64,000 nucleotides of DNA from Verrucomicrobiia bacterium (GTDB taxonomy: Bacteria > Verrucomicrobiota > Verrucomicrobiia > Limisphaerales > UBA11358), in NCBI GenBank assembly GCA_049280815.1, contig JBAPQW010000014.1, positions 76,893 through 140,892 of the forward strand, read 5' to 3'. This document shows, one piece after another, positions 56,242 through 64,000 of this stretch. The notes beneath the pieces were generated by a model that saw nothing but the letters and a program-made list of their open reading frames with translations, was not told the origin of the DNA and did no database searches. Made by a program: the position numbers and the translations under genes. Within the stretch, counting starts at the first letter, position 1. Each line of letters begins with the position of its first letter.

Positions 56242-57102
56242 ATGAACGAATCAGCTGCTCCCCAACCCGTGCCCGACGAATCGGATGAAGGCCGGCTGAA
56301 GATTTATTTTCTGCCGAACCTGCTCACGGCCGGCAACCTGTTCTGCGGCTTCCTGGCGCTGACCAAAATCGTGGAAGCCGATCCGATGGGCGATGAATAC
56401 TTTGGCCAGATCAAGCTCGCGCTCGCGTACATTCTGCTTGCGTGCATCTTCGATTTGCTGGATGGGCGTGTGGCGCGGCTGGGGGGCGCGGAAAGCCCGT
56501 TCGGACGCGAGTTCGATTCGCTGGCGGATTTGATCTCCTTCGGGGTTGCCCCGGCGTTTCTGGTGCAGCGGGTCGTGCTGGCGGACGTCTTCGGCGATTA
56601 TCGGCAGATCAGCTGGTTCATTGCGTCCATTTATCTGCTCTGCGGGGCGTTCCGGCTCGCGCGATTCAACTGTTTGTCCGCGATGGCCGGCGGCGGTGGC
56701 GGCAAGGACTTTCTGGGCTTCCCCATTCCTTCCGCGGCGGGTTTGGTGGCCTCGCTGACCCTGCTCATCATTCATTTCCATGAGCGGGAAAAGACCCTTG
56801 GTCCCTGGAATTATCTGCTGGCCATTGTGCTCGTCTTTTTGTCGGCCATGATGGTGAGCACGGTGCGTTATCCGAGCTTCAAATCGCTGGGCTTGCGTTC
56901 CAAGAGCACGTTCACGAAGGCCATCGGGGCGGCGCTCTTCCTGGGCTGCCTGCTGATTTTGCGGGAAAAGGTCCTGTATTACGTGCTGCCGGCGTTCTTC
57001 ACGCTGTATCTCGTCTATGGTTTCGTGCGGCCGAGCATCTCCCGCGCCTGGCGCCGGGAAATTGAAGAAGAAGACGATGACGAGCCGGACGCGGCGCACT
57101 GA
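56242..57102 (+). CDS. pssA: CDP-diacylglycerol--serine O-phosphatidyltransferase
   Basis: CDP-alcohol phosphatidyltransferase motif DLLDGRVARLGGAESPFGREFDSLADLISFGVAP. Confidence 0.9.
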   Translation: MNESAAPQPVPDESDEGRLKIYFLPNLLTAGNLFCGFLALTKIVEADPMGDEYFGQIKLALAYILLACIFDLLDGRVARLGGAESPFGREFDSLADLISFGVAPAFLVQRVVLADVFGDYRQISWFIASIYLLCGAFRLARFNCLSAMAGGGGGKDFLGFPIPSAAGLVASLTLLIIHFHEREKTLGPWNYLLAIVLVFLSAMMVSTVRYPSFKSLGLRSKSTFTKAIGAALFLGCLLILREKVLYYVLPAFFTLYLVYGFVRPSISRAWRREIEEEDDDEPDAAH

Positions 57103-57106
57103 AACC

Positions 57107-57817
57107 ATGCCGGAACTGCTGCCCATTTTGCTTTCCGCCGTCACCGGCTTCGTCAGCGGTCTGCTGCTGTCGATGCCCGTGGGTCCGGTCAATCTCACCG
57201 TCATCAACGAGGGCGCCCGCCGCGGCTTTGTCTGGGCCGCGCTCATCGGTTTCGGCGCGGCCACGATGGATGTGGTTTACTGCACCATTGCCTTCACCGG
57301 GTTTTCGTCGTTTTTCGACAATCACATGGTCAAGGCCTCGATGGAGGTGTTCAGCTTCGTGTTCATGCTGTTTCTCGGTGTCAAATTTCTCACGGCCAGA
57401 ACCGTGATTGCGCCGACGCAGCTCGGCGATACCGCGAGCCGGATTGAAAGGCGCATTGACGCAAGATGGCATCCGCACTCGGCATTTATGATCGGCTTCA
57501 CGCGCGTGCTGGGCAACGTCGGCGTGTTGTTGTTTTGGATCGTCGCGGCCGCCTATTTCATGTCGCACGATTCCTGGTTCACCTCCTACGAATGGGTGGA
57601 GGATTCCATTGCCGCCAAGGGCGCGTTCATCAGCGGTGTGGCCTTGGGCGCGAATTTATGGTTCTGTGCGCTCAGTTATGGTGTGTCGCGCGGACAGGGA
57701 CGGTTCGGTGAACAAACCCTGCTGCGCATGGAGCGCTTTTCCGGTTTTTGTCTGCTTGGGCTGGGATTGTACGATGGCGTGCACATTGCCTGGCAGTTGG
57801 CGCGGCACAAACTGTAA
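57107..57817 (+). CDS. LysE-family translocator
   Basis: Start at ATG 57107. GLLLSMPVGPVNLTVI and a six-TM pattern. Confidence 0.75.
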   Translation: MPELLPILLSAVTGFVSGLLLSMPVGPVNLTVINEGARRGFVWAALIGFGAATMDVVYCTIAFTGFSSFFDNHMVKASMEVFSFVFMLFLGVKFLTARTVIAPTQLGDTASRIERRIDARWHPHSAFMIGFTRVLGNVGVLLFWIVAAAYFMSHDSWFTSYEWVEDSIAAKGAFISGVALGANLWFCALSYGVSRGQGRFGEQTLLRMERFSGFCLLGLGLYDGVHIAWQLARHKL

Positions 57818-57857
57818 AGCGCCACGCGTTAATCTTTCCGTTATTAAATCATAAATC

Positions 57858-58961
57858 ATGTTAAAAGCTGGAATTGTCGGTTTGCCCAACGTCGGGAAAT
57901 CCACCCTGTTCAACGCCGTCACTCGCACGCGCAAGGCCGAGGCGGCGAATTATCCCTTCTGCACCATTGACCCGAACGTCGGCGTCGTCACCGTGCCGGA
58001 CGCCCGGCTCGAACCCCTCGCCAAAGTCGCCAAAACCCAGGTCATCATCCCGGCGGCGATTGAATTTGTGGACATTGCCGGCCTGGTCAAGGGCGCTTCC
58101 CAGGGCGAGGGCCTCGGCAACAAGTTTCTCACCCACATCCGGGAGGTGGACGCCATCGTCCAGGTCGTGCGCTGCTTCGAGGACGCGGACATCCATCACG
58201 TGACCGGCACGGTGGATCCCGTGCGCGACATCGAAACCATCACGACGGAGCTGGTGCTGTCCGACCTGGAGGCGGTGCAGAAACGGCTCGCCAGCGTGGC
58301 CAAGGACGCCAAGCGCGGCGACAAGGAGGCGCTCGCCCAGGAAACCGTGCTTAAAAAAATCGAACCGCACCTCAATGCCGGCAAGCCCGCGCTCACCCTG
58401 CAGCTTGCCCCGGAGGAAAAGGCCATCTCGCGCCTGTTCTGGCTGATGACCGACAAACCCACGATTTTTGCGTGCAACGTCAAGGAATCCGACCTGGCCG
58501 CCGCGGACAGGAATCCGTTCATCCAAAAGGTGAGCGACTACGCCCAGCATCATTTTGCCTGCGAGGCCGTCGTCATCAGCGCGCAGATCGAAAGCGACTT
58601 GATCGATTTGTCGGCGGACGAGGCAAAACAATTTCTGAAGGAACTTGGCGTCGAGGAATCCGGGGTCGGCGCGCTGATCCGCGCCACGTATCATCTGCTC
58701 GGCTTGCGCACGTATTTCACCGCGGGCGAAAAGGAGGTGCGCGCCTGGACGATTCACGCCGGCGACACCGCACCCAAGGCCGCCGGGGTCATCCATTCCG
58801 ACTTCGAACGCGGTTTCATCAAGGCCGAGACCGTCGCCTACGACGACTTGATGAAGTGCGGTTCCATCGCCGCCGCGCGCGAAAAAGGTCTCTACCGCAT
58901 GGAAGGCAAGGAATACGTCGTGAAGGACGGCGACGTGCTGCTGTTCAAGTTCAACGTGTGA
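57858..58961 (+). CDS. ychF: redox-regulated ribosome-binding ATPase YchF
   Basis: [37 protein letters not shown]-terminal TGS domain [27 protein letters not shown]. Confidence 0.95.
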   Translation: MLKAGIVGLPNVGKSTLFNAVTRTRKAEAANYPFCTIDPNVGVVTVPDARLEPLAKVAKTQVIIPAAIEFVDIAGLVKGASQGEGLGNKFLTHIREVDAIVQVVRCFEDADIHHVTGTVDPVRDIETITTELVLSDLEAVQKRLASVAKDAKRGDKEALAQETVLKKIEPHLNAGKPALTLQLAPEEKAISRLFWLMTDKPTIFACNVKESDLAAADRNPFIQKVSDYAQHHFACEAVVISAQIESDLIDLSADEAKQFLKELGVEESGVGALIRATYHLLGLRTYFTAGEKEVRAWTIHAGDTAPKAAGVIHSDFERGFIKAETVAYDDLMKCGSIAAAREKGLYRMEGKEYVVKDGDVLLFKFNV

Positions 58962-58973
58962 TCTTAATATTTC

Positions 58974-59049
58974 CGATTTTCGATATACGATTTACGCAGG
59001 CAGGTGAATTGGGGAGCGACTCGTAAATCGTAAATCCAATATCGTAAAT
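58974..59049. repeat. inverted heptamer-array hairpin element, copy 2 (homologous to 50938-51020)
   Basis: Left CGATTTT CGATATA CGATTTA CG (58974-58996). 25-nt loop. Right CGTAAAT CGTAAAT CCAATAT CGTAAAT (59022-59049). Same 9-bp stem CGATTTACG/CGTAAATCG and the same loop length as copy 1. Confidence 0.85.
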
Positions 59050-59105
59050 CAGCCAGAATAACGTAATCTCGTCTGCTACATTACCAGCTGGCGCCAGCCT
59101 CCAGC

Positions 59106-59133
59106 TTGACTGGCTGGACCAAGCTGCTATCTT
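59106..59133 (+). promoter_or_regulatory. putative sigma70-type promoter of the aroF leader
   Basis: TTGACT (59106-59111), 16-nt spacer, TATCTT (59128-59133). This would place the TSS at or next to GTG 59140 (near-leaderless), which is a weakness. Confidence 0.3.
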
Positions 59134-59139
59134 TGTCTC

Positions 59140-59229
59140 GTGAACAGCCAGCAAACAAACCACGCAGCCAGCAGCCAGTATTTCTTTTATTGGTTTGGCC
59201 CGGTCGGCGCGCACTTGCGGCTGCGATAG
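59140..59229 (+). CDS. candidate aromatic-amino-acid leader peptide (29 aa)
   Basis: GTG 59140 ... TAG 59227-59229 translates MNSQQTNHAASSQYFFYWFGPVGAHLRLR. Codons TAT TTC TTT TAT TGG TTT occupy 59179-59196. Confidence 0.6.
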   Translation: MNSQQTNHAASSQYFFYWFGPVGAHLRLR

Positions 59230-59256
59230 AATTTTCATCAAACCAATCGCCGCAGG
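59214..59256 (+). promoter_or_regulatory. candidate antiterminator pairing
   Basis: CTTGCGGC (59214-59221) can pair with GCCGCAGG (59249-59256), 8 bp including one G-U. This competes with the terminator's right arm. A further helix is ATTGGTTTG (59189-59197) / CAAACCAAT (59239-59247). Confidence 0.5.
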
Positions 59257-59286
59257 TCGCCAAACGCCTGCGGCGTTTTTGTTTTT
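59248..59286 (+). terminator. rho-independent terminator (attenuator) about 30 nt upstream of aroF
   Basis: CGCCGCAGG (59248-59256) pairs with CCTGCGGCG (59267-59275), a perfect 9 bp, followed by TTTTTGTTTTT (59276-59286). Confidence 0.8.
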
Positions 59287-59314
59287 GTGACCTTCGGCCA
59301 ACCCATAAAAAACC

Positions 59315-60334
59315 ATGATCATCGTGCTCAAACCCCGGATTTCGAGGAAAGAGGAACAGGCCGTCCTCAGGGAAATCCGCAAGCTCGGCTACACCCCCCA
59401 CGTCATGCGCGGCGTGGCCCGCACCGTCGTCGGCGCCATCGGCGACGAACTCACCCACGCCAACCTCGAAACACTGGTCGCCCAGTTCCCGCGCGCGGTG
59501 GAAAGCGTCATGCCCATCCAGAAGCGTTACAAGCTCGTCAGCCGCGAGGCGCATCCGGCCAATTCCACCATCCGCGTCCGCGAACACGTCATCGGCGGCA
59601 AACGACTCCATGTCATGGCCGGCCCGTGCTCGGTGGAAAGCGAGAAACAACTGCTGGCCACCGCCGAGGCGGTGAAGGCCGCCGGGGCGACCATCCTGCG
59701 CGGCGGCGCATTCAAGCCGCGCACCTCACCCTACGAATTTCAGGGACTCGGCGAGAAAGGGCTCAAGCTGCTCGACAAGGCGCGGCGCGCCACCGGGCTG
59801 GCCGTCATCACCGAATTGCTGTCCGAAAATCACGTCGATATGGTGGCTGAATACACGGACATCATCCAGATCGGCGCGCGGAATGCGCAGAACTTTCAGC
59901 TCCTGATCGCCGCCGCCAAAACCGGCAAGCCCGTCCTGCTCAAGCGCGGGCTTTCCATGAAAATCGAGGAATGGCTGCTGGCGGGCGAATATATCCTCGC
60001 CAATGAAAATCCGAACCTCCTGTTCTGCGAACGCGGCATCCGGACATTCGAGACCTACACGCGCAACACGCTCGACCTCTCGACCATCCCCATCATCAAG
60101 CGCGAATCGCATTGTCCGATCGTGATTGATCCGAGCCAGGGCGCCGGGCGCGCGGATCTGGTGACGGCCATGTGCCAGGGCGCGGTGGCGATGGGCGCGG
60201 ACGCGTTGTTGATCGAGGTGCACCCGAATCCGGCGGGAGCCTGGAGCGACGGCGCGCAACAGTTGTCGCTCAACGGTTTCGCAAAACTGATGCAGGAATT
60301 GAAGCCATTCATCGCCGCCGCCGGACGCGAATAA
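59315..60334 (+). CDS. aroF: 3-deoxy-7-phosphoheptulonate (DAHP) synthase, class I-beta with N-terminal ferredoxin-like regulatory domain
   Basis: MIIVLKPRISRKEEQAVLREIRKLGY (regulatory domain), then VMAGPCSVES, LRGGAFKPRTSPYEFQGLG, QIGARNAQNF, KRGL, DPSQGAG. Confidence 0.92.
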   Translation: MIIVLKPRISRKEEQAVLREIRKLGYTPHVMRGVARTVVGAIGDELTHANLETLVAQFPRAVESVMPIQKRYKLVSREAHPANSTIRVREHVIGGKRLHVMAGPCSVESEKQLLATAEAVKAAGATILRGGAFKPRTSPYEFQGLGEKGLKLLDKARRATGLAVITELLSENHVDMVAEYTDIIQIGARNAQNFQLLIAAAKTGKPVLLKRGLSMKIEEWLLAGEYILANENPNLLFCERGIRTFETYTRNTLDLSTIPIIKRESHCPIVIDPSQGAGRADLVTAMCQGAVAMGADALLIEVHPNPAGAWSDGAQQLSLNGFAKLMQELKPFIAAAGRE

Positions 60335-60403
60335 GCGCTAGAACGCGAAAAGGCATAACGAGCGCAAATGGTGGGGCGAAGCTGCTGACGAACCGTTTTA
60401 ACC

Positions 60404-60431
60404 CTCAACCGTCAACGCTCAACCACCAACC
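60404..60431. repeat. heptamer array CTCAACC GTCAACG CTCAACC ACCAACC
   Basis: Four 7-nt units (a degenerate tail continues to about 60442) in the aroF / PRC-BON spacer. Confidence 0.75.
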
Positions 60432-60532
60432 AAACTTCAACCGCACAGGCGCCAACCCGCCGTCTGGCCGCTTGCGTTCCTGAAACCTTCAGTAAGGGTA
60501 ACACCCCATGGCCTCCATCCGGTTCCCGGCCT

Positions 60533-60566
60533 ATTGTGAAAGCTGCGACCACAATTCTTTCACAAT
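60533..60566. promoter_or_regulatory. perfect 10-bp inverted repeat just upstream of the PRC/BON gene
   Basis: ATTGTGAAAG (60533-60542), 14 nt, CTTTCACAAT (60557-60566), ending 7 nt before ATG 60574. Confidence 0.4.
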
Positions 60567-60573
60567 AAAATAC

Positions 60574-61914
60574 ATGAATCGAAAATTGCAAATCTTTGCC
60601 AGTGCCGCCGCCGGGCCGCTCCTGGCGTTGTCGGCGTTGGCCCAGGCACGCCTGGAACCACTGAGCAGCGCCATCAGGGCCACCGACCTCATCGGGATGA
60701 CGGTCAATAATGATCGGAACGAAAAACTCGGCGAGGTGGCAGACCTGGCGGTGGATGTCGAGTCCGGACGGATCGTTCAGGTGATTCTTTCCACCGGGGG
60801 TTTTTTCGGCCGGAGCAATGCGCTCGTCGCCCTGCCGCCGGGAGCCCTGCATTACAATGCCGTGGATAAAGTCCTGCAACTGGATGCCAGCAAAAGCACA
60901 ATCGAGGCGGACACCAGATTTGACGCCTCGACATGGGACGGAGACACGCAGTTCAATCGGGTGACGGCCGGCCAGGGTGATTGCGGTGAACACCCTTACT
61001 TCGTTGCCGACAATGAGGGATACCGGAATGCCGAGCTGGAGGGAACCGTCGCCTCGACCCTGCCCCATCACATGGATGGATCCGTCAATACGGATGGAGC
61101 GCGCACCCTGGACAAAGCCAGCAAGGTTGAAACCGCCAGCCAGGTGGAGGAAACCAACAACTGGATTTCAACCCTCAACCCGGACGGAAACTGGACATGG
61201 GAATATTACTCAAGTCAGCGGCGTGCCAACAATTCCTGGTCGCGGCTGGGTTATGTGCAGAGGGCCAGCCGGCTCATGGACGCCCCGGTGATGAACCTGC
61301 AGGGCCAGGAGCTCGGCAAGGTGGAGAACTTCATGGTGGATGTCTCAGCCGGCCGCATCGTGGCGGTCATCATTTCATCCGGCGGGTATCTTGGGATGGA
61401 AAATGAATTGAGCGCCGTGCCGCCCGCCGCGCTCCGGTTCAATCCCGACCATGCCCTTCTTCAACTGGACGCCTCAAGAGAGATGCTGGCCGGTTCCCCG
61501 CACTTCAAGGCCGGTGAATGGCCTGATTTCAGCCAGCCCGGTTATGCCAGCGGGGTTTATCGCGCGTACAACATTGAGCCCTGGTTCAACCCCAACACGA
61601 CGACCGGTGCTGATATCACCCGCCAGAATATCCCGGATCGCGATAACAGCCCGCTGACCACGCTGGATCAGGGCCCCCGGCTGACCGACGTGGACACCGA
61701 GGCCGAGATTCGCAGGGAAATCGTCGCTGACCGCGGAATGTCCGCGCATGCCAGAAACGTGAAGATCACCGCCATCGATGGCCGGGTCATCCTATGCGGG
61801 CCGGTGGACAGCGCCGGGGAAAAACAGCTCATCGGTGAAATTGCCGACCGGATTGCGCACGCCGGGAATGTGGACAACCAACTGGAAGTGCAGATCACCG
61901 TGAGCCTCAACTAA
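60574..61914 (+). CDS. secreted protein with two PRC-barrel-like domains and a C-terminal BON domain
   Basis: Signal peptide MNRKLQIFASAAAGPLLALSALAQA. Two segments of the form LGxVxDxxVDxxxGRIVxVIxSxGG (PRC barrel). The C-terminus NVKITAIDGRVILCGPVDSAGEKQLIGEIA...NQLEV is BON-like. Confidence 0.75.
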   Translation: MNRKLQIFASAAAGPLLALSALAQARLEPLSSAIRATDLIGMTVNNDRNEKLGEVADLAVDVESGRIVQVILSTGGFFGRSNALVALPPGALHYNAVDKVLQLDASKSTIEADTRFDASTWDGDTQFNRVTAGQGDCGEHPYFVADNEGYRNAELEGTVASTLPHHMDGSVNTDGARTLDKASKVETASQVEETNNWISTLNPDGNWTWEYYSSQRRANNSWSRLGYVQRASRLMDAPVMNLQGQELGKVENFMVDVSAGRIVAVIISSGGYLGMENELSAVPPAALRFNPDHALLQLDASREMLAGSPHFKAGEWPDFSQPGYASGVYRAYNIEPWFNPNTTTGADITRQNIPDRDNSPLTTLDQGPRLTDVDTEAEIRREIVADRGMSAHARNVKITAIDGRVILCGPVDSAGEKQLIGEIADRIAHAGNVDNQLEVQITVSLN

Positions 61915-61997
61915 TGCCCAGACCCATCCAAAAGAAACCAGCCGCGGCGGCAGACAAGATTGCCGGGCGGCCAAACCCTTGACCCATTTATTGACCT

Positions 61998-62123
61998 ATG
62001 ATTGCACTGATAATCCATCCCATGTTTGCCGCCATTGGTTACTCCTTGATTTATATGCTCGGCGGCGGAGGCCTGTTTGGCGCCTTCGTCATCTTTGTCA
62101 TTGCCAAAATGCTCGGCCGCTGA
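61998..62123 (+). CDS. candidate 41-aa membrane peptide
   Basis: ATG 61998 to TGA 62121-62123: MIALIIHPMFAAIGYSLIYMLGGGGLFGAFVIFVIAKMLGR. It is hydrophobic with a glycine hinge and lies below the ORF-track cutoff. Confidence 0.3.
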   Translation: MIALIIHPMFAAIGYSLIYMLGGGGLFGAFVIFVIAKMLGR

Positions 62124-62205
62124 ATTGACTGGTCCCTTGCCGCGACAAGGTGGGTCGCGTCGCTCGGTGCGCGCAGCTTTCGAGCAACGGGATCGACTCT
62201 ACAAG

Positions 62206-62390
62206 AAATTCAGGCACTGCCGAAAGGAAGGTAGTATCTTAATATGACGGAGCGCGGTTTGTCCCAAACCGCAGCACGCCGGTAAGCCAGGCAAGCCGTC
62301 CGCGATTTCAACGGTTCTTCTCGTAACAACCTGCTGCGAGTTGGGACAACTCGCGCTCCGAATTTCAAATTCAGGCACTGCCGAAAGGAA
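62206..62390. repeat. 24-nt direct repeat pair flanking a long imperfect hairpin
   Basis: AAATTCAGGCACTGCCGAAAGGAA occurs at 62206-62229 and 62367-62390. Between them, GGAGCGCGgtTTGTCCCAAacCGCAGCA pairs with TGCTGCGagTTGGGACAActCGCGCTCC. Confidence 0.8.
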
Positions 62391-62461
62391 AGCCAGCTTG
62401 ACGAATGATGGTTATGGTGTAATTGAAAGGCTATCGTCCGCAATATGCCAGTTTATCCGCC

Positions 62462-64000
62462 ATGACCAGGTTTTTCAGAGGTGATTTGTTGCTGGCATTG
62501 CTTTTCCCGCTGGCGGCGGTAAATGCGGGCGGTCAGGCGACCGTCCAAATTGGGCTAAACTTCACCGGCAGTTCTTATTTGTTAAATTCCCAGGCTTTGC
62601 CGCCGGATCCCAACGGGGTGATCGGGCCGGGCCGTTTCATGGAGTTCATCAACGGCACTGTTGCCATCTATAACCGGACCAATGGCGCAAGCGTGCAGCG
62701 GAAATCCGACCTGAAGTTCTGGGCCGATGCCGGGCTGAACACCTCAGCCATTGCCATAAGCGATCCGCGGGTGATTTATGATCCCGCCACCCAACGCTGG
62801 TTTGCCACGCAGGTGGACTTTGACCCCGGCGCCAACGACCCGACCACCGAGGCCAATGATTTTCTGCTCGCGGTGTCCACCACCTCCGACCCGACCAAGA
62901 CATGGACGGGGTTCATGATCCCATCCGACCCGGACAACGGCGATTTCGCAGATTTTCCCACGCTGGGCCTGGACAGCAACGCGGTTTATATTTCCGGCGA
63001 TTTTTACACCAACAGCGTGGCGGTGGGGCCGGGGCTCCTTTCCATTCCCAAGGCGGATTTGATTGCCGCCACACCGACCATTACAAACTTGCACTGGTAC
63101 GGCGTGATGGATTACAGCGTGCGCGGCGACGTGTTGCAACCGGCCGTTTGTTTCGACGGCAGTGCCACCGGCAGCATCCTCGCGATGGGCGACATCGGCA
63201 GCGACAGCAGCCCGCATTCAAACGTCGTGTGGTTTGCCGTGCAAAATGCGGGCGGGACGAGCTCGACGCTTTCCGCATCCACGAGCCTGACGGTCGCCCC
63301 GTATCAAGTGCCGGACAATGCCGATCTGGGCGTGCCCCAATTCGTCGCGCCCCAACCCGACGGCACCACCCTGCTCCAGGCCAATGATGCGCGGTTGAGC
63401 GCCAAGGTCTTTGCGGTCGGCGGAGTGCTTTATGCCGCCCACACCACGGAACTCAACGGGCGCATGGCCGTCCGCTGGTATCGCATCCGCGCCGCCGACC
63501 AGACCCTGCTGGAACAGGGCACCATCGCCGACCCGAACCTCGATTTGTTTTTTCCGTCCATCGCGGCCAACCCCTACGGCACGGTCGTTATCGGTTGCAA
63601 CGGCTCCAGCCTCGGCACCTACATCAATTGCTACGCCTACGCCGGCCAGACCGTCAATGGCCAGACCACCTTTGGCAGCAGCACCCTGATCCAATCGGGC
63701 GTGGTGGATTATCACGACGAGAATGACATCGTGGGAGACCTGATTGGCACCCCGACACCCAGCCGTTGGGGCGACTACAACACCCTATCCGTTGACGCCG
63801 CCGACCCGACGCAGTTCTGGACCATCCAGATGTATCCTTCCGGTATCGATACAGCCTCCGGCTTCGACGAAGGCATCTGGTCCACGCAGATCACGCAGCT
63901 CATCGTCACGCCGCTGCCGTCGCTTGCCATTACTCCGTCGGGGACAAACGTCGTTGTTTCCTGGCCGTTGTATGCCTCCAGCTACCAGCTGTTCTCCTCC
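62462..64000 (+). CDS. secreted hypothetical protein, 3' end cut by window edge
   Basis: Hand translation from ATG 62462 gives 513 codons with no stop to the window end, so it is absent from the ORF track. It has a signal peptide MTRFFRGDLLLALLFPLAAVNAGG. Shadow ORFs on both strands overlap it, as with other real genes here. No family recognised. Confidence 0.7.
   Translation, partial: MTRFFRGDLLLALLFPLAAVNAGGQATVQIGLNFTGSSYLLNSQALPPDPNGVIGPGRFMEFINGTVAIYNRTNGASVQRKSDLKFWADAGLNTSAIAISDPRVIYDPATQRWFATQVDFDPGANDPTTEANDFLLAVSTTSDPTKTWTGFMIPSDPDNGDFADFPTLGLDSNAVYISGDFYTNSVAVGPGLLSIPKADLIAATPTITNLHWYGVMDYSVRGDVLQPAVCFDGSATGSILAMGDIGSDSSPHSNVVWFAVQNAGGTSSTLSASTSLTVAPYQVPDNADLGVPQFVAPQPDGTTLLQANDARLSAKVFAVGGVLYAAHTTELNGRMAVRWYRIRAADQTLLEQGTIADPNLDLFFPSIAANPYGTVVIGCNGSSLGTYINCYAYAGQTVNGQTTFGSSTLIQSGVVDYHDENDIVGDLIGTPTPSRWGDYNTLSVDAADPTQFWTIQMYPSGIDTASGFDEGIWSTQITQLIVTPLPSLAITPSGTNVVVSWPLYASSYQLFSS

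Noticed and set aside
58951-59650. ORFs 58951..59382 -, 59081..59650 -, 59106..59318 + and 59287..59850 + in the ychF-aroF spacer and the aroF 5' end.
   Set aside because: They cross the hairpin element, the leader/terminator region or the aroF coding frame, and have low-complexity translations. The 29-codon leader ORF plus aroF explain the region better.
60533-60566. TGTGA...TCACA within the inverted repeat, considered as a CRP/FNR-type site.
   Set aside because: The half-sites are about 20 nt apart instead of the 6-nt spacing of CRP-family sites.
62206-62390. Two identical 24-nt repeats, considered as a minimal CRISPR array.
   Set aside because: There are only two copies. The 137-nt interval is far longer than a spacer and is itself a hairpin. 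There are no cas genes in the window.

Overview
GC-rich bacterial chromosomal window with about 54 conventional protein genes, 4 candidate small ORFs, one tRNA and many small DNA/RNA-level elements. The protein content suggests the PVC group, probably Verrucomicrobiota (inference only). Supporting features are three solitary prepilin-type DUF1559/H-X9-DG-like proteins, a ~620-aa N-terminally extended GreA, a DUF2339+DUF3999 pair and a large secreted GH2 glycosidase. Gene content is mostly housekeeping: 5'-truncated GH2 glycosidase; orphan NarL-type response regulator; TetR-MFP-RND-HlyD-MFS efflux operon; livJHMGF; rplM-rpsI; argC-methyltransferase-argJ; ilvN-ilvC; surA-like-pdxA; an FHA/DUF2007/pseudopilin/prfB/trpC string; pyrC-carA; tRNA-Gly(UCC); an Opp/Dpp-type peptide ABC system; fabI; rsmB; psd-pssA; ychF; aroF. 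I see no transposase, integrase, phage, CRISPR-Cas, toxin-antitoxin or recognisable defence genes, so I do not claim a novel protein system. The most interesting signals are not proteins. (1) A 29-codon leader ORF with six consecutive aromatic codons (YFFYWF), with terminator/antiterminator geometry directly upstream of the DAHP synthase gene aroF. This is a candidate ribosome-mediated attenuator. (2) A dispersed family of period-7 (heptanucleotide) tandem arrays at 10 or more loci. They often form inverted pairs that fill intergenic regions, often sit where a Shine-Dalgarno would be, and twice lie inside essential coding sequences (argJ, rsmB). (3) livH has no ATG/GTG/TTG start for its conserved N-terminus. 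A 19-codon uORF running across a heptamer array ends in a CTGA overlap with the only plausible (CTG) start. (4) REP-like GC-rich palindromes of a GTAGC...GCTAC type. All start-codon choices and RNA structures were worked out by eye and need computation to confirm.
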